Positions 27,037 through 37,274 of a stretch of DNA of 64,000 bases are shown piece by piece. How positions within the stretch are numbered: the first letter of the stretch is position 1; every line of letters starts with the position of its first letter. The translations under genes were made by a program, and so were the position numbers. The notes below the pieces were generated by a model that saw only the letters and a list, made by a program, of their open reading frames with translations, had not been told where the DNA came from and did not search any database. Source of the DNA: Syntrophomonadaceae bacterium (lineage in GTDB: Bacteria > Bacillota > Dethiobacteria > DTU022); contig PWGX01000027.1 of the NCBI GenBank assembly GCA_003554615.1, positions 38,619 through 102,618 of the forward strand. Direction: 5' to 3'.

Positions 27037-27530
27037 CCCTCATCACGCTCCATCTGCTGAAGCCTGGCAATGGGATGCCAGGTCTGAACCTCTTCACCGC
27101 TTTCTATGGTCAAAGCATGAATCAGAAAATCCTTCCCATCTGCCAGGACCGTTAAAGTCCCGGGGCACATGGTAATCGAATTGCCCAGAAGCACCCGGCT
27201 GGCCATGCTTTCTATTTCCACCCTCAGCGGGACCATATTCGGGACTATGGGCATTTTTGGGTGCAAAACTATATAGGCTACCTGGAAATTAGCTATAAAA
27301 ATATCTCGGAGCAGTTTAAAGAAATAGCCCAATATCCAAAGAACAGTTTTAAAGGTAACAGGCGGCCTGTCTTCGATTGTAATGAGCAGGTTGCGGTTAA
27401 AATAAACCACAAAAGCAGAAGCGGCAAACCCGACCGCCATCTGGGGCCAGTCAAACCGACCGCTGATAGCCACCCAGAAAGCAAACAGGACCAGGGTAAT
27501 CCCAATATAATTCAACCAGTTCTTACTCAT
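27033..27530 (-). CDS. mrpE: Mrp antiporter subunit E
   Basis: 165 aa. N-terminal TM helices plus a MrpE-like C-terminal region. First gene after rnfB (88-bp gap). Confidence 0.65.
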   Translation of the reverse strand: MSKNWLNYIGITLVLFAFWVAISGRFDWPQMAVGFAASAFVVYFNRNLLITIEDRPPVTFKTVLWILGYFFKLLRDIFIANFQVAYIVLHPKMPIVPNMVPLRVEIESMASRVLLGNSITMCPGTLTVLADGKDFLIHALTIESGEEVQTWHPIARLQQMERDEG

Positions 27531-27618
27531 CTTAATCAGCCACCCGGCAGTTTAATTATATAAACCCGAAAGTATAATAATATTTTCACATGCTCTTAAA
27601 TTTAATATAACAATCCCG

Positions 27619-28482
27619 CTAACCATCTTCTTCAGATACTGCAGCAGCGGTTGGTTGGTCGAGATCAGCCAGTTTCTTTGGTATTGCCGCACGCGGATAA
27701 ATGGTTACCGGTGGACATACAGGGACGCATTTTCCGCAGTCGTCGCACTTGTCAAGATCGATTACGGCCAGGTTGTCATCCATCTCAATTGCTTCCTGGG
27801 GGCAAATTTTGACACAGGCCCTGCAGGCTATACAACCCACCGAGCAGACCTTTGATACGCTTTTACCCCTATCATGGGAACTGCACAATACCAGGTGCCC
27901 CTGGTTGGACCGGCGGGGCAGGGTTTTGATCAAATCCCGCGGGCAGGCATTCACACAGAGGCCGCACCCGGTACATGCTTCCTGATCTACAACGGGCAGT
28001 CCGTGCGGGCCGATTTCTATCGCTTCAAATGGGCAGGCCCAAGCACAGTCACCCAACCCCAGGCAACCGTAAGTACAGGCCTTGAAACCGCCGTAAAAGC
28101 GTCCGGCAACAGCACAGTTTTTTACTCCTTCGTATATAAACCGGTCAGGCGCTTTTTCCTTGTCGCCAATGCAAAAAACCGTCGCCACCAGCGACTCTGT
28201 TTCGGCAAAATCAATCCCTAGTTCAGCAGCCAGAGCTTTTGCCGTCTCGGTCCCTCCCGGAATGCAGCCGGAAGGATTTACTTCACCTTTAACTACGGCC
28301 TCGGCAAACTGGGAGCAGCCGGCATAACCGCAGGCGCCACAATTGGCTCCGGGCAAAATATCTTTAACTTTGTCCACCCTCGGATCTACCTTGACGGCAA
28401 ACACTTTTGCGGCCAGGGAAAGAAGTATTCCGAAAACCAGGCCGATCAGGCCCAGGGCGATGATTGCATATATTATTTGCAC
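27619..28482 (-). CDS. rnfB: Rnf complex subunit B (polyferredoxin)
   Basis: N-terminal TM helix, CGACGYAGC motif, and multiple 4Fe-4S CxxCxxCxxxCP motifs. Confidence 0.9.
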   Translation of the reverse strand: MQIIYAIIALGLIGLVFGILLSLAAKVFAVKVDPRVDKVKDILPGANCGACGYAGCSQFAEAVVKGEVNPSGCIPGGTETAKALAAELGIDFAETESLVATVFCIGDKEKAPDRFIYEGVKNCAVAGRFYGGFKACTYGCLGLGDCAWACPFEAIEIGPHGLPVVDQEACTGCGLCVNACPRDLIKTLPRRSNQGHLVLCSSHDRGKSVSKVCSVGCIACRACVKICPQEAIEMDDNLAVIDLDKCDDCGKCVPVCPPVTIYPRAAIPKKLADLDQPTAAAVSEEDG

Positions 28483-28544
28483 GGCTTATTTCACCTCGTA
28501 AAATTAGTGACTCAAGCTTTTCAGCATTAATCATTTAAGGCAGG

Positions 28545-29126
28545 CTACAGGGTAAGCATACCCCTGAAACCTTGAAAAGCCAGGGATAGAATCCCCGCTG
28601 TAATCAAAGTCACCGCCGAACCCTTTAGTACATCCGGCACATCAGCCAGTTCCAGGCGTTCCCTGATCCCGGCCATGATCACAAGGGCCAGGGAAAAACC
28701 GATAGAAGCTGCGATTCCAAACACCACCGCTTCAATAAAAGCAAATTCTTCCCTTACCGCCAAGAGAGTTACAGCCATAATGGCACAGTTGGTGGTAATC
28801 AGGGGCAGGAAAATACCAAGTCCCTGGTACAGGGTCGGGCTGATCTTGCGCAGTGTGGTTTCAACAAGCTGAACCAGGGAGGCAATGACCAGGATAAATG
28901 TAACAATTTGCAAATACTCCAGGTTTAAAGGGATAAGGACAAAAGTATAGAGCAGCCAGGTAACCAGAGTGGCCATGCTCATTACAAAAATAACCGCCAT
29001 ACTCATCCCCACTGCGGTTTCCATCTTTCTCGAGACGCCCAAAAAGGGGCAAATCCCGAAGAAACGCTGCAACACAAAGTTTTCTACCAGGATATAGATA
29101 AATATTATCGATAACAGTCGTTCCAT
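28545..29126 (-). CDS. rnfA: Rnf complex subunit A
   Basis: 193 aa, 6 TM helices. RnfA/NqrE family (…GICPFLGVS…). Confidence 0.9.
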   Translation of the reverse strand: MERLLSIIFIYILVENFVLQRFFGICPFLGVSRKMETAVGMSMAVIFVMSMATLVTWLLYTFVLIPLNLEYLQIVTFILVIASLVQLVETTLRKISPTLYQGLGIFLPLITTNCAIMAVTLLAVREEFAFIEAVVFGIAASIGFSLALVIMAGIRERLELADVPDVLKGSAVTLITAGILSLAFQGFRGMLTL

Positions 29127-29198
29127 ATTAACCTCCTGCCTCCGGTAGTACTATCTTCCATTTCCTCATTTCTTTAACCTGCATAGGGCGGTATATTA

Positions 29199-29825
29199 TC
29201 AAATATTTAACTTTTTAAAAAGCACATTCGCAAGACCAAGCAAAAGCCCCAGGGCAATGAAAGCTCCGGGCGGCTGGCCAAACAAACCCATTGGTTCAAA
29301 ACCTTCCCCAAACAGCAGGATGGCACTTTCAGGATCGGGCCCCATGATCGTCCCTTGCCCCGCTACTTCGCGGACCAGGGCCAGAATACCCAGGGCCAGG
29401 GTAAAACCTATCCCAACCCCGACTCCATCGACCAGCGAACGCAGGACAGGTTTCTTGCTGGCAAAAGCTTCGGCCCGCCCCAGGATAACGCAGTTCACCA
29501 CGATCAGGGGCACAAATACACCCAGGGCTTCATAAAGGGCCGGTTGAAAAGCCTGCAAAACCATTTCAACCATCGTAACAAAAGTAGCTATAACCACAAT
29601 AAAACAGGGAATCCTGACCTGGGCGGGAATATAGTTCTTCAGGCTGGCAATCACTACGTTGGACGCAATTACAACCGCTGTTGTCGCCAACCCCATTCCC
29701 AGGCCGTTAATAAAATAAGCGGTAACCCCGAGAACCGGGCACATCCCCAGCAGTAAACGGAACACCGGGTTTTCCCTGATTATTCCCCGTGACAAGTCAT
29801 CAACATAAGGATTATGTTCTGCCAT
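29199..29825 (-). CDS. rnfE: Rnf complex subunit E
   Basis: 208 aa. RnfE/NqrD family (…LLGMCPVLGVT…). Confidence 0.9.
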   Translation of the reverse strand: MAEHNPYVDDLSRGIIRENPVFRLLLGMCPVLGVTAYFINGLGMGLATTAVVIASNVVIASLKNYIPAQVRIPCFIVVIATFVTMVEMVLQAFQPALYEALGVFVPLIVVNCVILGRAEAFASKKPVLRSLVDGVGVGIGFTLALGILALVREVAGQGTIMGPDPESAILLFGEGFEPMGLFGQPPGAFIALGLLLGLANVLFKKLNI

Positions 29826-30670
29826 TAGTTATCACCGCCTCCGCTTCCGCTTTCTGGCGCATCCTCCAGGGCGTTTATCACTGCGGTTATAATTCTTTCG
29901 GCGCTTAAAGTCGCACCGGTCTGCACATCTACTTCAAGGCTTTGCTCCTCGATAATTTTTTCAGGAATCTCCGGGTAAGCATCGACAAAGTATGCTTCTG
30001 TTTCATTATGTTCAATGACCTCTATGTTTTGAATTCGCCCATCGCTCAGTTCAACTTCTACCGTAAGGGGACCGTAAGTGCCCTCAACGCTGCCCCGGTA
30101 TACGCCGTCAGCCAATCCTTCGAGTGCAAAGGCCTTCCTCTCCATGTCCAGAATATTTTCGCCGATAGTGATCACGGTGCGCCTGATTGAGTTGATCATC
30201 GAACCGGTACTCATAGTAGCCCCACTGACGGCATCAACATCCTCGCCTTCCTGAATTGGATCTTCAAAGCTTTTACCGATAAACTGCTCCTGGAAATCGT
30301 CGGTGGTAATAACATCACCGATTCCCGGGGTCTCGGAGTGGGAGATAACCCGGATTCCTATTATTTCAGTATCGGTATCAACAGCCAGGTTATAGGTAAT
30401 TGTCCCTTCATAACCCTGGGTTTTAACCGTAGCCATGATCCCGAGCTTTTCGCCATCCTGGTCGTAAACCAGGTCAAACTGATCGCCTTCGATTTCACGG
30501 GTTTCATATTCATTAATGTCCGGGAAAAACCTCTCCAGGGCTTCTAAATACTCCCGCTGTTCCTTCTCCCGGATCACCGGCTCGGTTATATTGTGCATCC
30601 CGGTTAGAAGGGCCGCCGATATTATGGCAACCGCAGCCAGGGTTACGGACAAACGCAGTATATTATGCAC
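29825..30670 (-). CDS. rnfG: Rnf complex subunit G (FMN-binding, flavinylated)
   Basis: N-terminal TM helix. FMN_bind domain with flavinylation motif DAVSGATMSTGS. ApbE is the cognate flavin transferase. Confidence 0.9.
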   Translation of the reverse strand: MHNILRLSVTLAAVAIISAALLTGMHNITEPVIREKEQREYLEALERFFPDINEYETREIEGDQFDLVYDQDGEKLGIMATVKTQGYEGTITYNLAVDTDTEIIGIRVISHSETPGIGDVITTDDFQEQFIGKSFEDPIQEGEDVDAVSGATMSTGSMINSIRRTVITIGENILDMERKAFALEGLADGVYRGSVEGTYGPLTVEVELSDGRIQNIEVIEHNETEAYFVDAYPEIPEKIIEEQSLEVDVQTGATLSAERIITAVINALEDAPESGSGGGDN

Positions 30671-31637
30671 TCTTTTTCACCCCCCCGAAACGCTGGGGAA
30701 TCGTAAAGTTATCTATAATCGGAGTTACCGCGTTCATGAGTAAAATGGCAAAGGTAACCCCTTCCGGCAGAGCTCCCCACAACCTGATCAGCATCGTAAT
30801 CAGGCCGCAGCCGATTCCGAAAATAAGCCGGCCGGCCGGAGTAACAGGTGTGGTAACAAAGTCGGTGGCCATATAGATAGCACCGATCATGACCCCTCCT
30901 GTCACAACATGGAACAAACCGGTCATGAAAATATTAGCATAAAATCCTCCACCAAATAATACACCCAGGATAAAAACAGTACCGATAAAACCACCCGGGA
31001 TCCGGTAATCAATATGGCCTTTATAAACCAGCCAGAGACCCCCGATCAAAAGGGCCAGGGCGGAGGTTTCTCCCAGGCACCCGGGAATATTGCCGATAAA
31101 CATTTCCGGCAGGCTGAAAGTCACCGCTTTTTCCGGGGCAGCCAGGACAGTAGCCCCGGTTACAACGGCCGCATCATATCCAAAAGCAAAAGGCTGCGGC
31201 GAGGGCCATATATCACCGGCCATGTGACCGCCCCAGGAAACAACCAGGATGGCCCGGCCAACCAGGGCCGGGTTGAAAATATTGTAGCCAATCCCGCCAA
31301 AAACTTGCTTGCCGATAATAATGGCTGAAGCCGAACCGACGACCACCAGCCACCAGGGCGCGGCGGCCGGCAGGGTCAGAGCCAGGAGCAACCCGGTAAC
31401 CGCCGCACTGCCGTCACTGAATATATCACTTTTACGAAGCCAGATCGCTTCTGCCAGCATCGCTGCAGCTATCGCGATAAGCATAGTCAGAAGGGCCCGA
31501 TATCCAAAAAGCAATACTGCCATCAGGGCCGCGGGGAAAAGAGCGATCAAAACATCGACCATCACGCTCTGAACCGATTCTACCGATCTTATGTGCGGTG
31601 ATGACGATACGATCAGTTTTTCGTTTATGACCATCAC
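30663..31637 (-). CDS. rnfD: Rnf complex subunit D
   Basis: 324 aa polytopic membrane protein of the RnfD/NqrB family. Confidence 0.9.
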   Translation of the reverse strand: MMVINEKLIVSSSPHIRSVESVQSVMVDVLIALFPAALMAVLLFGYRALLTMLIAIAAAMLAEAIWLRKSDIFSDGSAAVTGLLLALTLPAAAPWWLVVVGSASAIIIGKQVFGGIGYNIFNPALVGRAILVVSWGGHMAGDIWPSPQPFAFGYDAAVVTGATVLAAPEKAVTFSLPEMFIGNIPGCLGETSALALLIGGLWLVYKGHIDYRIPGGFIGTVFILGVLFGGGFYANIFMTGLFHVVTGGVMIGAIYMATDFVTTPVTPAGRLIFGIGCGLITMLIRLWGALPEGVTFAILLMNAVTPIIDNFTIPQRFGGVKKSA

Positions 31638-31658
31638 ATCCTTTCCCGGGTTGCGGAA

Positions 31659-32993
31659 TTATTTATTTTTCCTTTTCATAATTTCATTTTTACCGATCCT
31701 GATCCACTGGACCAGGGGAATTTTAGAAGGGCATATATACGAACAGCACCCGCATTCAAAACAGTCGAGAGCATAAAGTTTTTCAGCCCTCCTGTAATCG
31801 CCGTGTTCTGAGGCCTGGGCTATGGATGTGGGCATCAGGTTCATTGGACAGACACTAACGCACTTGGCACACCTGATACAGGGGCTGCTTTCGGCAAGAT
31901 AAACATCTTCATCGGTCAGGGCCAGGATTCCCGATGTCCCCTTAATGACCGGTATATCGGCACTGGGCTGGGCCAGCCCCATCATCGGGCCGCCCACAAC
32001 CACCTTCAGGGTGGATTCGCTTATACCGCCGCAAAAGTCAAGGGCCTCAGAGGCCAGTGTCCCCAGCCTGGCCTGGACATTGGCCGGTTTGGCAACACCG
32101 GAACCGGTCACGGTCAGGACCCGTTCCACCAGGGGTTTTCCTTCACGAATAGCCTGGGTGATGGCCGCCGCTGTGCCGACATTATGGTTAACTATCCCAA
32201 CTTCCATGGGCAGAGCCCCCGCCGGGACAACCCGGCCGGTGGTGACATAAATTAGCATCTTTTCAGCACCCTGCGGATACTTGGTCGGCAGGGTGCAAAC
32301 CCTGATATTTTCTTCTTCGGCCACCATGCTCTCCACCTGTTTATGAGCATCAGGTTTGTTATCTTCAATACCGATAATTCCTTCCGAAGCGCCCAGGGCT
32401 TTCATCATCGCCTTTAAACCAAAGACGATTTCTTCCGTTTTTTCAAGCATAACCCTGTGATCGGCGGTCAAATATGGTTCACATTCGGCGCCGTTTATAA
32501 TCACCACATCGATCGGTTTGTCTTCAGGGGGTGAAAGCTTGACATGGGAGGGGAAAGTGGCTCCTCCGAGCCCGACAATACCGGCTTCACGGACTATCTT
32601 GCGGATATCGTCGGCGGAAAGATCTTCCAGGCTGCCGGCCGGCTTAATATTTTCATCCCATTCGTCGCGGCCGTCCGATTCTATGGTCACCGCATTGATT
32701 TTCATGCCCAGGGGGTGGTTGTACGGGCCAATATCAACCACCGTACCCGAGATCGGGGCATGGACGGGAGCGGACACAAAACCCTTATTATCGCCAAGTT
32801 TCTGGCCTGCCTTGACCTCAATGCCTTTTTCTATCTTTTCCACATCGGCCAAAAGCTCGCAGGGTGCACCAATATGCTGCTGCATCGGCACCACCACTTT
32901 TTGCGGCAATGGCATTTTCACAATGGCCAGTGTGGAGGTAATTTCTTTACTATATACCGGATGAACGCCTCCCCTGAATGAAAACTTGGCCAT
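31659..32993 (-). CDS. rnfC: Rnf complex subunit C (NADH-binding, 2x[4Fe-4S])
   Basis: 444 aa. Motifs CIRCAKCVSVCP and CFECGCCSYICP. RnfC/NqrF-like NADH/FMN-binding fold. Confidence 0.9.
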   Translation of the reverse strand: MAKFSFRGGVHPVYSKEITSTLAIVKMPLPQKVVVPMQQHIGAPCELLADVEKIEKGIEVKAGQKLGDNKGFVSAPVHAPISGTVVDIGPYNHPLGMKINAVTIESDGRDEWDENIKPAGSLEDLSADDIRKIVREAGIVGLGGATFPSHVKLSPPEDKPIDVVIINGAECEPYLTADHRVMLEKTEEIVFGLKAMMKALGASEGIIGIEDNKPDAHKQVESMVAEEENIRVCTLPTKYPQGAEKMLIYVTTGRVVPAGALPMEVGIVNHNVGTAAAITQAIREGKPLVERVLTVTGSGVAKPANVQARLGTLASEALDFCGGISESTLKVVVGGPMMGLAQPSADIPVIKGTSGILALTDEDVYLAESSPCIRCAKCVSVCPMNLMPTSIAQASEHGDYRRAEKLYALDCFECGCCSYICPSKIPLVQWIRIGKNEIMKRKNK

Positions 32994-32999
32994 TTAATA

Positions 33000-33230
33000 T
33001 ATTCACCCTTTCCAGATAGTTTGCTGCCCCTTTGTTCTTTAACGGCAGGTTTTAATTTTGGGTATAAATAAAAAATTACATTTATACAAATTAACTTAAC
33101 TAACTTTCGTTAAATAATAGTAAATTCCTTCTATAAAACCGTCTTTTTATAGTCTTGATAAAAAATATAATAAATCACCTTTTTAGCAATATTCTAATCT
33201 ATGCCAATTTGCCAGAAGCAAGGCCGGTGG
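33000..33230 (-). promoter_or_regulatory. AT-rich promoter region for the rnf-mrp-apbE transcription unit
   Basis: 230-bp gene-free AT-rich spacer between folC and rnfC. Several sigma-A-like hexamer pairs on the minus strand. Exact promoter not resolved. Confidence 0.4.
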
Positions 33231-34586
33231 TCATTTGACCGGCTGGGTCCACAGGGCCCTGGCATCGCTGACTGTATAAAAAGAACCGGTTACCAGGACC
33301 AGGTCTTCCGGACCGGCGCCGTGCAAAGCCTCTTCCAGCGCCATTTCTAGATCATCATTCACCGAGGCCTTTTCCCGGCTGCAGTAAAGCTGTTCGAGGG
33401 CGGTTTTATGCAATCCTGCAGGATCGGCTGCCCTGGGAATGGAGGCTTTGGTAAAAATGACTCGGTCGGCGAGCGGTAGGATGGCCGACATCATTGCCGG
33501 CGCGTCTTTGTCGGCCATGATCCCAAAAACCAGGATCAGGCGGCGGTAACTGAAATATTCGGTCAGTGCTTCCGCCATTTGCCGGATCGCAGCCGGATTA
33601 TGGGCTCCGTCCATGACCAGCTTCGGGCTGTTTTTCAACAATTCCAGGCGCCCCGGCCAGATTACTTCAGACAGCCCCTGCCGCAGATGCTGTTCATCCA
33701 CCATGGTGCCTCTGTTTTCAAGCAGCTCCACTGCCGCCAGGGCGGTGGCCGCATTGCAAATTTGATATCGGCCCCGCAGGGGAATGAATAGATCCTGGTA
33801 AGAACGTTTAAAGCCAGTGTAATCAAAAACCTGGCCCTGGTCGGTTATTACCCGGCGATTAAACACCGGCCGGTTGATCTTCTCTCCGCCGTTACCCTGG
33901 GGTGCAAACAAGCTGTACAAGGGGGCATTAAGCTCAGAGGCCCTGGCTTTAATCACCGCAAGCACCCTGGGATCTTCGCTGGCAGTCAGAACCGGGATCC
34001 CTTCTTTTATGATGCCTGCTTTCTCGAAAGCAACCTCTTCTACAGTATCGCCGAGCACCTCGGTATGCTCCAGATCAACATTGGTGATGATGCTCAGCAA
34101 CGGATCGACAACATTGGTGGCATCAAGGCGTCCTCCAAGGCCGACTTCCAGGACGACCAGGTCAACTTCCCGGCGGGCAAAATAGATCAGAGCCAGGACA
34201 GTGACCACTTCAAATTCAGTTGGCTGCCCGAAACGCTCATCGGCGGTCACTTCTTCCACGACCGGCCGGACCAAACCGACCATGTCGGCCAGCTCCTCCT
34301 GCTCAATATCACAGCCGTTAATAGCCATCCGATTGGTAAATGAAAGAAGGTAGGGAGAAGTATAAAGGCCTATCCGGTAACCGGCCGCCTCAAAAATAGA
34401 GGCAAGGATAGCCGCCGTGGAACCCTTCCCGTTCGTCCCCGCTATATGGACATAATCAACCTGCCGGTGGGGATTGTCCAGCTTATCGAGCATGGCATTC
34501 ATCCGCTCCAGACCCGGTTTGCTCCCAAACCGGCTCAGGCCATGAATCCAATCCAGGGCTTCCATATAACGCAGCTCACTTTTCAT
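33231..34586 (-). CDS. folC: bifunctional folylpolyglutamate synthase / dihydrofolate synthase
   Basis: Mur-ligase-type P-loop HIAGTNGKGST. FolC family. 3 bp downstream of valS, as in Bacillus. Confidence 0.85.
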   Translation of the reverse strand: MKSELRYMEALDWIHGLSRFGSKPGLERMNAMLDKLDNPHRQVDYVHIAGTNGKGSTAAILASIFEAAGYRIGLYTSPYLLSFTNRMAINGCDIEQEELADMVGLVRPVVEEVTADERFGQPTEFEVVTVLALIYFARREVDLVVLEVGLGGRLDATNVVDPLLSIITNVDLEHTEVLGDTVEEVAFEKAGIIKEGIPVLTASEDPRVLAVIKARASELNAPLYSLFAPQGNGGEKINRPVFNRRVITDQGQVFDYTGFKRSYQDLFIPLRGRYQICNAATALAAVELLENRGTMVDEQHLRQGLSEVIWPGRLELLKNSPKLVMDGAHNPAAIRQMAEALTEYFSYRRLILVFGIMADKDAPAMMSAILPLADRVIFTKASIPRAADPAGLHKTALEQLYCSREKASVNDDLEMALEEALHGAGPEDLVLVTGSFYTVSDARALWTQPVK

Positions 34587-34589
34587 CAG

Positions 34590-37274
34590 CTAATTTAGCT
34601 CCTGCAATCTCTGCTGTAATTTTTGCAACCTGGCTTCTTGTTCTTCGCGGCGGGATTTTTCCTTGGACACGACTTCAGCAGGCGCTTTTTTCAGAAAGCC
34701 TTCACTGTTTAGCTTTCCTTCGGTCCTCTTTATTTCAGCTTCCACCTGGGACAGTTCTTTCCTGAGGCGCGCTTTTTCCGCATCAATGTCGATTACGCCT
34801 TCCAGGGGGAGATAAACTTCAACTTCTTCGCCAATGATAGCAGTCAGGGCCTGCTTCGGCTTTTCCGATTCGGGATGAATGGTCAGGGTGTCTATGGAAG
34901 CCAGTCTTTTAACCTGGTGAGCTTCTTCCCCCAGGCAGGCGGCAGAACGTCCTCCGGCCCTGATAATAACCGGGGCCTTCCAGTCGGGAGGAAGTTTAAC
35001 CTGGCTGCGGAGATTCCTGATCGCCCGGACCACCTGCTGGAACAGCTCCATTTCTTCGGCTTCGCCGGGAAAGTCAAGTTTTTCCGCCGGGCCGGGCCAG
35101 GCTGCCGTTACCAGGGCCTCTTCCCTGCGGTTAGGCAGTTGCTGCCATATTTCTTCGGATATGAAAGGCATGAAGGGGTGCAGGATCCGCATTACTCCAT
35201 CGAGCAGATACACCAAAATACTCCGGGTCCGTTTGCGGTCCGCTTCCACCTCAACACTTTCGCCCTCACGGTAAAGATGGTACTTGCTGATCTCAACATA
35301 CCAGTCACAAAAATCGTTCCAGAGATATTCATAAATCAGGCGGGCTGCCTCGCCCAGCTCATATTCTTCGAATAACTGATCGGTTTTTTTAACCGTTTCA
35401 TTAAAGCGGTGCAGGATCCAGCGGTCGGCCCGGTTAAGGTTTTCCGGCAGTTGATCCGGGTCGAACTGGGCCAATTTCTCTCCCCCTTCTTTTTGTTCTC
35501 CCAGGTTCATCAGGACAAAACGGGAAGCGTTCCAGATCTTGTTGGCAAAATTACGCCCGGCTTCGACGCTTTCCTGCCTGAAACGCTGATCATTGCCCGG
35601 AGCCTGCCCGGTAACCAGGGTGAAACGGAGCGTATCGGCCCCGTAATTTTCAATCACCTCAAGAGGGTCAATGCCGTTACCCAGGGATTTACTCATTTTG
35701 CGCCCCAGGGCATCTCGGACCAGCCCGGTTATATAAACGGTACGGAAAGGAACGTCATTCATAAAGGCCAGGCCCATAAACATCATCCGGGCCACCCAGA
35801 AGAAAATAATGTCGTATCCTGTAACCAGGACGCTGGTGGGGTAAAAATGCTCCAGATCTGCAGTTTTATCAGGCCAGCCCAATGTTGAAAAGGGCCACAG
35901 GGCCGAACTGAACCAGGTGTCAAGGACATCTGGGTCCTGCTTGAGTTCACTGCTGCCACAAGAAGAGCAGCTCTTAGGATCTTTATAATCAACTATCACT
36001 TCCCCGCATTCACAGTACCAGGCCGGGATCCGGTGCCCCCACCAGATCTGCCGCGAAATGCACCAGTCGCGGATATTTTCAAGCCAGTCGTTATAGACCC
36101 TGGTAAAACGGGGTGGGACAAAGCTGGTCTGATCTTCTTTAACCGCCTCCATGGCCGGCTCGGCCAAAGGCTTCATTTTAACAAACCACTGCCGGGATAT
36201 GAGCGGCTCAACCACCGTATCGCACCGCTGGCAGTGGCCGATGGAGTGCTCATAATTTTCGATCTTTTCAATCAGGCCCTGGGCCTTTAAATCTTCAACA
36301 ACCTGCCTGCGGCACTCGAAACGGTCCATCCCCTCATAGGGCCCGGCCTCGGCGGTCATCCGGGCGTCTTCGCCGATCACCTTGATCACTTCCAAGTTGT
36401 GACGTTGGCCGATGGCGAAGTCATTGGGGTCGTGCCCGGGGGTGACTTTGACGGCGCCGCTGCCAAATTCGGGATCGACATATTCATCGGCTACGATGGG
36501 AATTTCACGGTTTAAAAGGGGTAAAATAACTTTTTTGCCCACCAGGTCCCGGTAACGCTCATCATCAGGGTGGACGGCAACCGCGCTGTCACCAAGCATC
36601 GATTCAGGGCGGGTGGTGGCCACGGTAATTATTTTCCCGTTTTCAGACAGGGGGTACCTGATATGGGTAATCGTAGAAGCCTCAGTTTCATGCTCCACTT
36701 CTATGTCGGACAGGGCAGTAGAACAGCGCGAGCACCAGTTAATCATGTAGTCGCCGCGGTAAATCAAACCCTGGTGGTAAAGATCGACAAATACTTTTCG
36801 CACCGCCCGGGAACATCCCTCGTCCATCGTGAACCGCTCCCTCGACCAGTCGCAGGAGCAACCCAGGCGGTGCAGCTGTTTGGTTATCCGCTTCAGATAA
36901 GTATCCTTCCAGGCCCAAACCCGCTCCAGGAATTTTTCCCGACCCAGTTTCCGGCTGTCTATACCCTCTTCAGCCAGGTGCTTCTCGACAACATTCTGGG
37001 TGGCAATTCCGGCATGGTCGCAGCCCGGCAGCCACAGGGTATCGTACCCCTGCATCCTGCAGCGGCGGATCAAGACATCCTGAATGGTATTGTTCAAAGC
37101 ATGCCCCATGTGCAGGGAACCGGTAACGTTAGGCGGAGGTATCACTATGGTAAAAGGAGTTTTGCCGGGATTTCCAGAAGCGCGAAAGTAATCACCATCA
37201 AGCCAAAAACGGTATCTTTCCATCTCCACTTGATCCGGATCATAAACAGGCGGCAGCATATTTTCAGTCATCAT
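34590..37274 (-). CDS. valS: valine--tRNA ligase
   Basis: 894 aa. HIGH motif (PPPNVTGSLHMGHA), KMSKS motif (KMSKSLGN) and a C-terminal coiled coil. Confidence 0.95.
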   Translation of the reverse strand: MMTENMLPPVYDPDQVEMERYRFWLDGDYFRASGNPGKTPFTIVIPPPNVTGSLHMGHALNNTIQDVLIRRCRMQGYDTLWLPGCDHAGIATQNVVEKHLAEEGIDSRKLGREKFLERVWAWKDTYLKRITKQLHRLGCSCDWSRERFTMDEGCSRAVRKVFVDLYHQGLIYRGDYMINWCSRCSTALSDIEVEHETEASTITHIRYPLSENGKIITVATTRPESMLGDSAVAVHPDDERYRDLVGKKVILPLLNREIPIVADEYVDPEFGSGAVKVTPGHDPNDFAIGQRHNLEVIKVIGEDARMTAEAGPYEGMDRFECRRQVVEDLKAQGLIEKIENYEHSIGHCQRCDTVVEPLISRQWFVKMKPLAEPAMEAVKEDQTSFVPPRFTRVYNDWLENIRDWCISRQIWWGHRIPAWYCECGEVIVDYKDPKSCSSCGSSELKQDPDVLDTWFSSALWPFSTLGWPDKTADLEHFYPTSVLVTGYDIIFFWVARMMFMGLAFMNDVPFRTVYITGLVRDALGRKMSKSLGNGIDPLEVIENYGADTLRFTLVTGQAPGNDQRFRQESVEAGRNFANKIWNASRFVLMNLGEQKEGGEKLAQFDPDQLPENLNRADRWILHRFNETVKKTDQLFEEYELGEAARLIYEYLWNDFCDWYVEISKYHLYREGESVEVEADRKRTRSILVYLLDGVMRILHPFMPFISEEIWQQLPNRREEALVTAAWPGPAEKLDFPGEAEEMELFQQVVRAIRNLRSQVKLPPDWKAPVIIRAGGRSAACLGEEAHQVKRLASIDTLTIHPESEKPKQALTAIIGEEVEVYLPLEGVIDIDAEKARLRKELSQVEAEIKRTEGKLNSEGFLKKAPAEVVSKEKSRREEQEARLQKLQQRLQELN

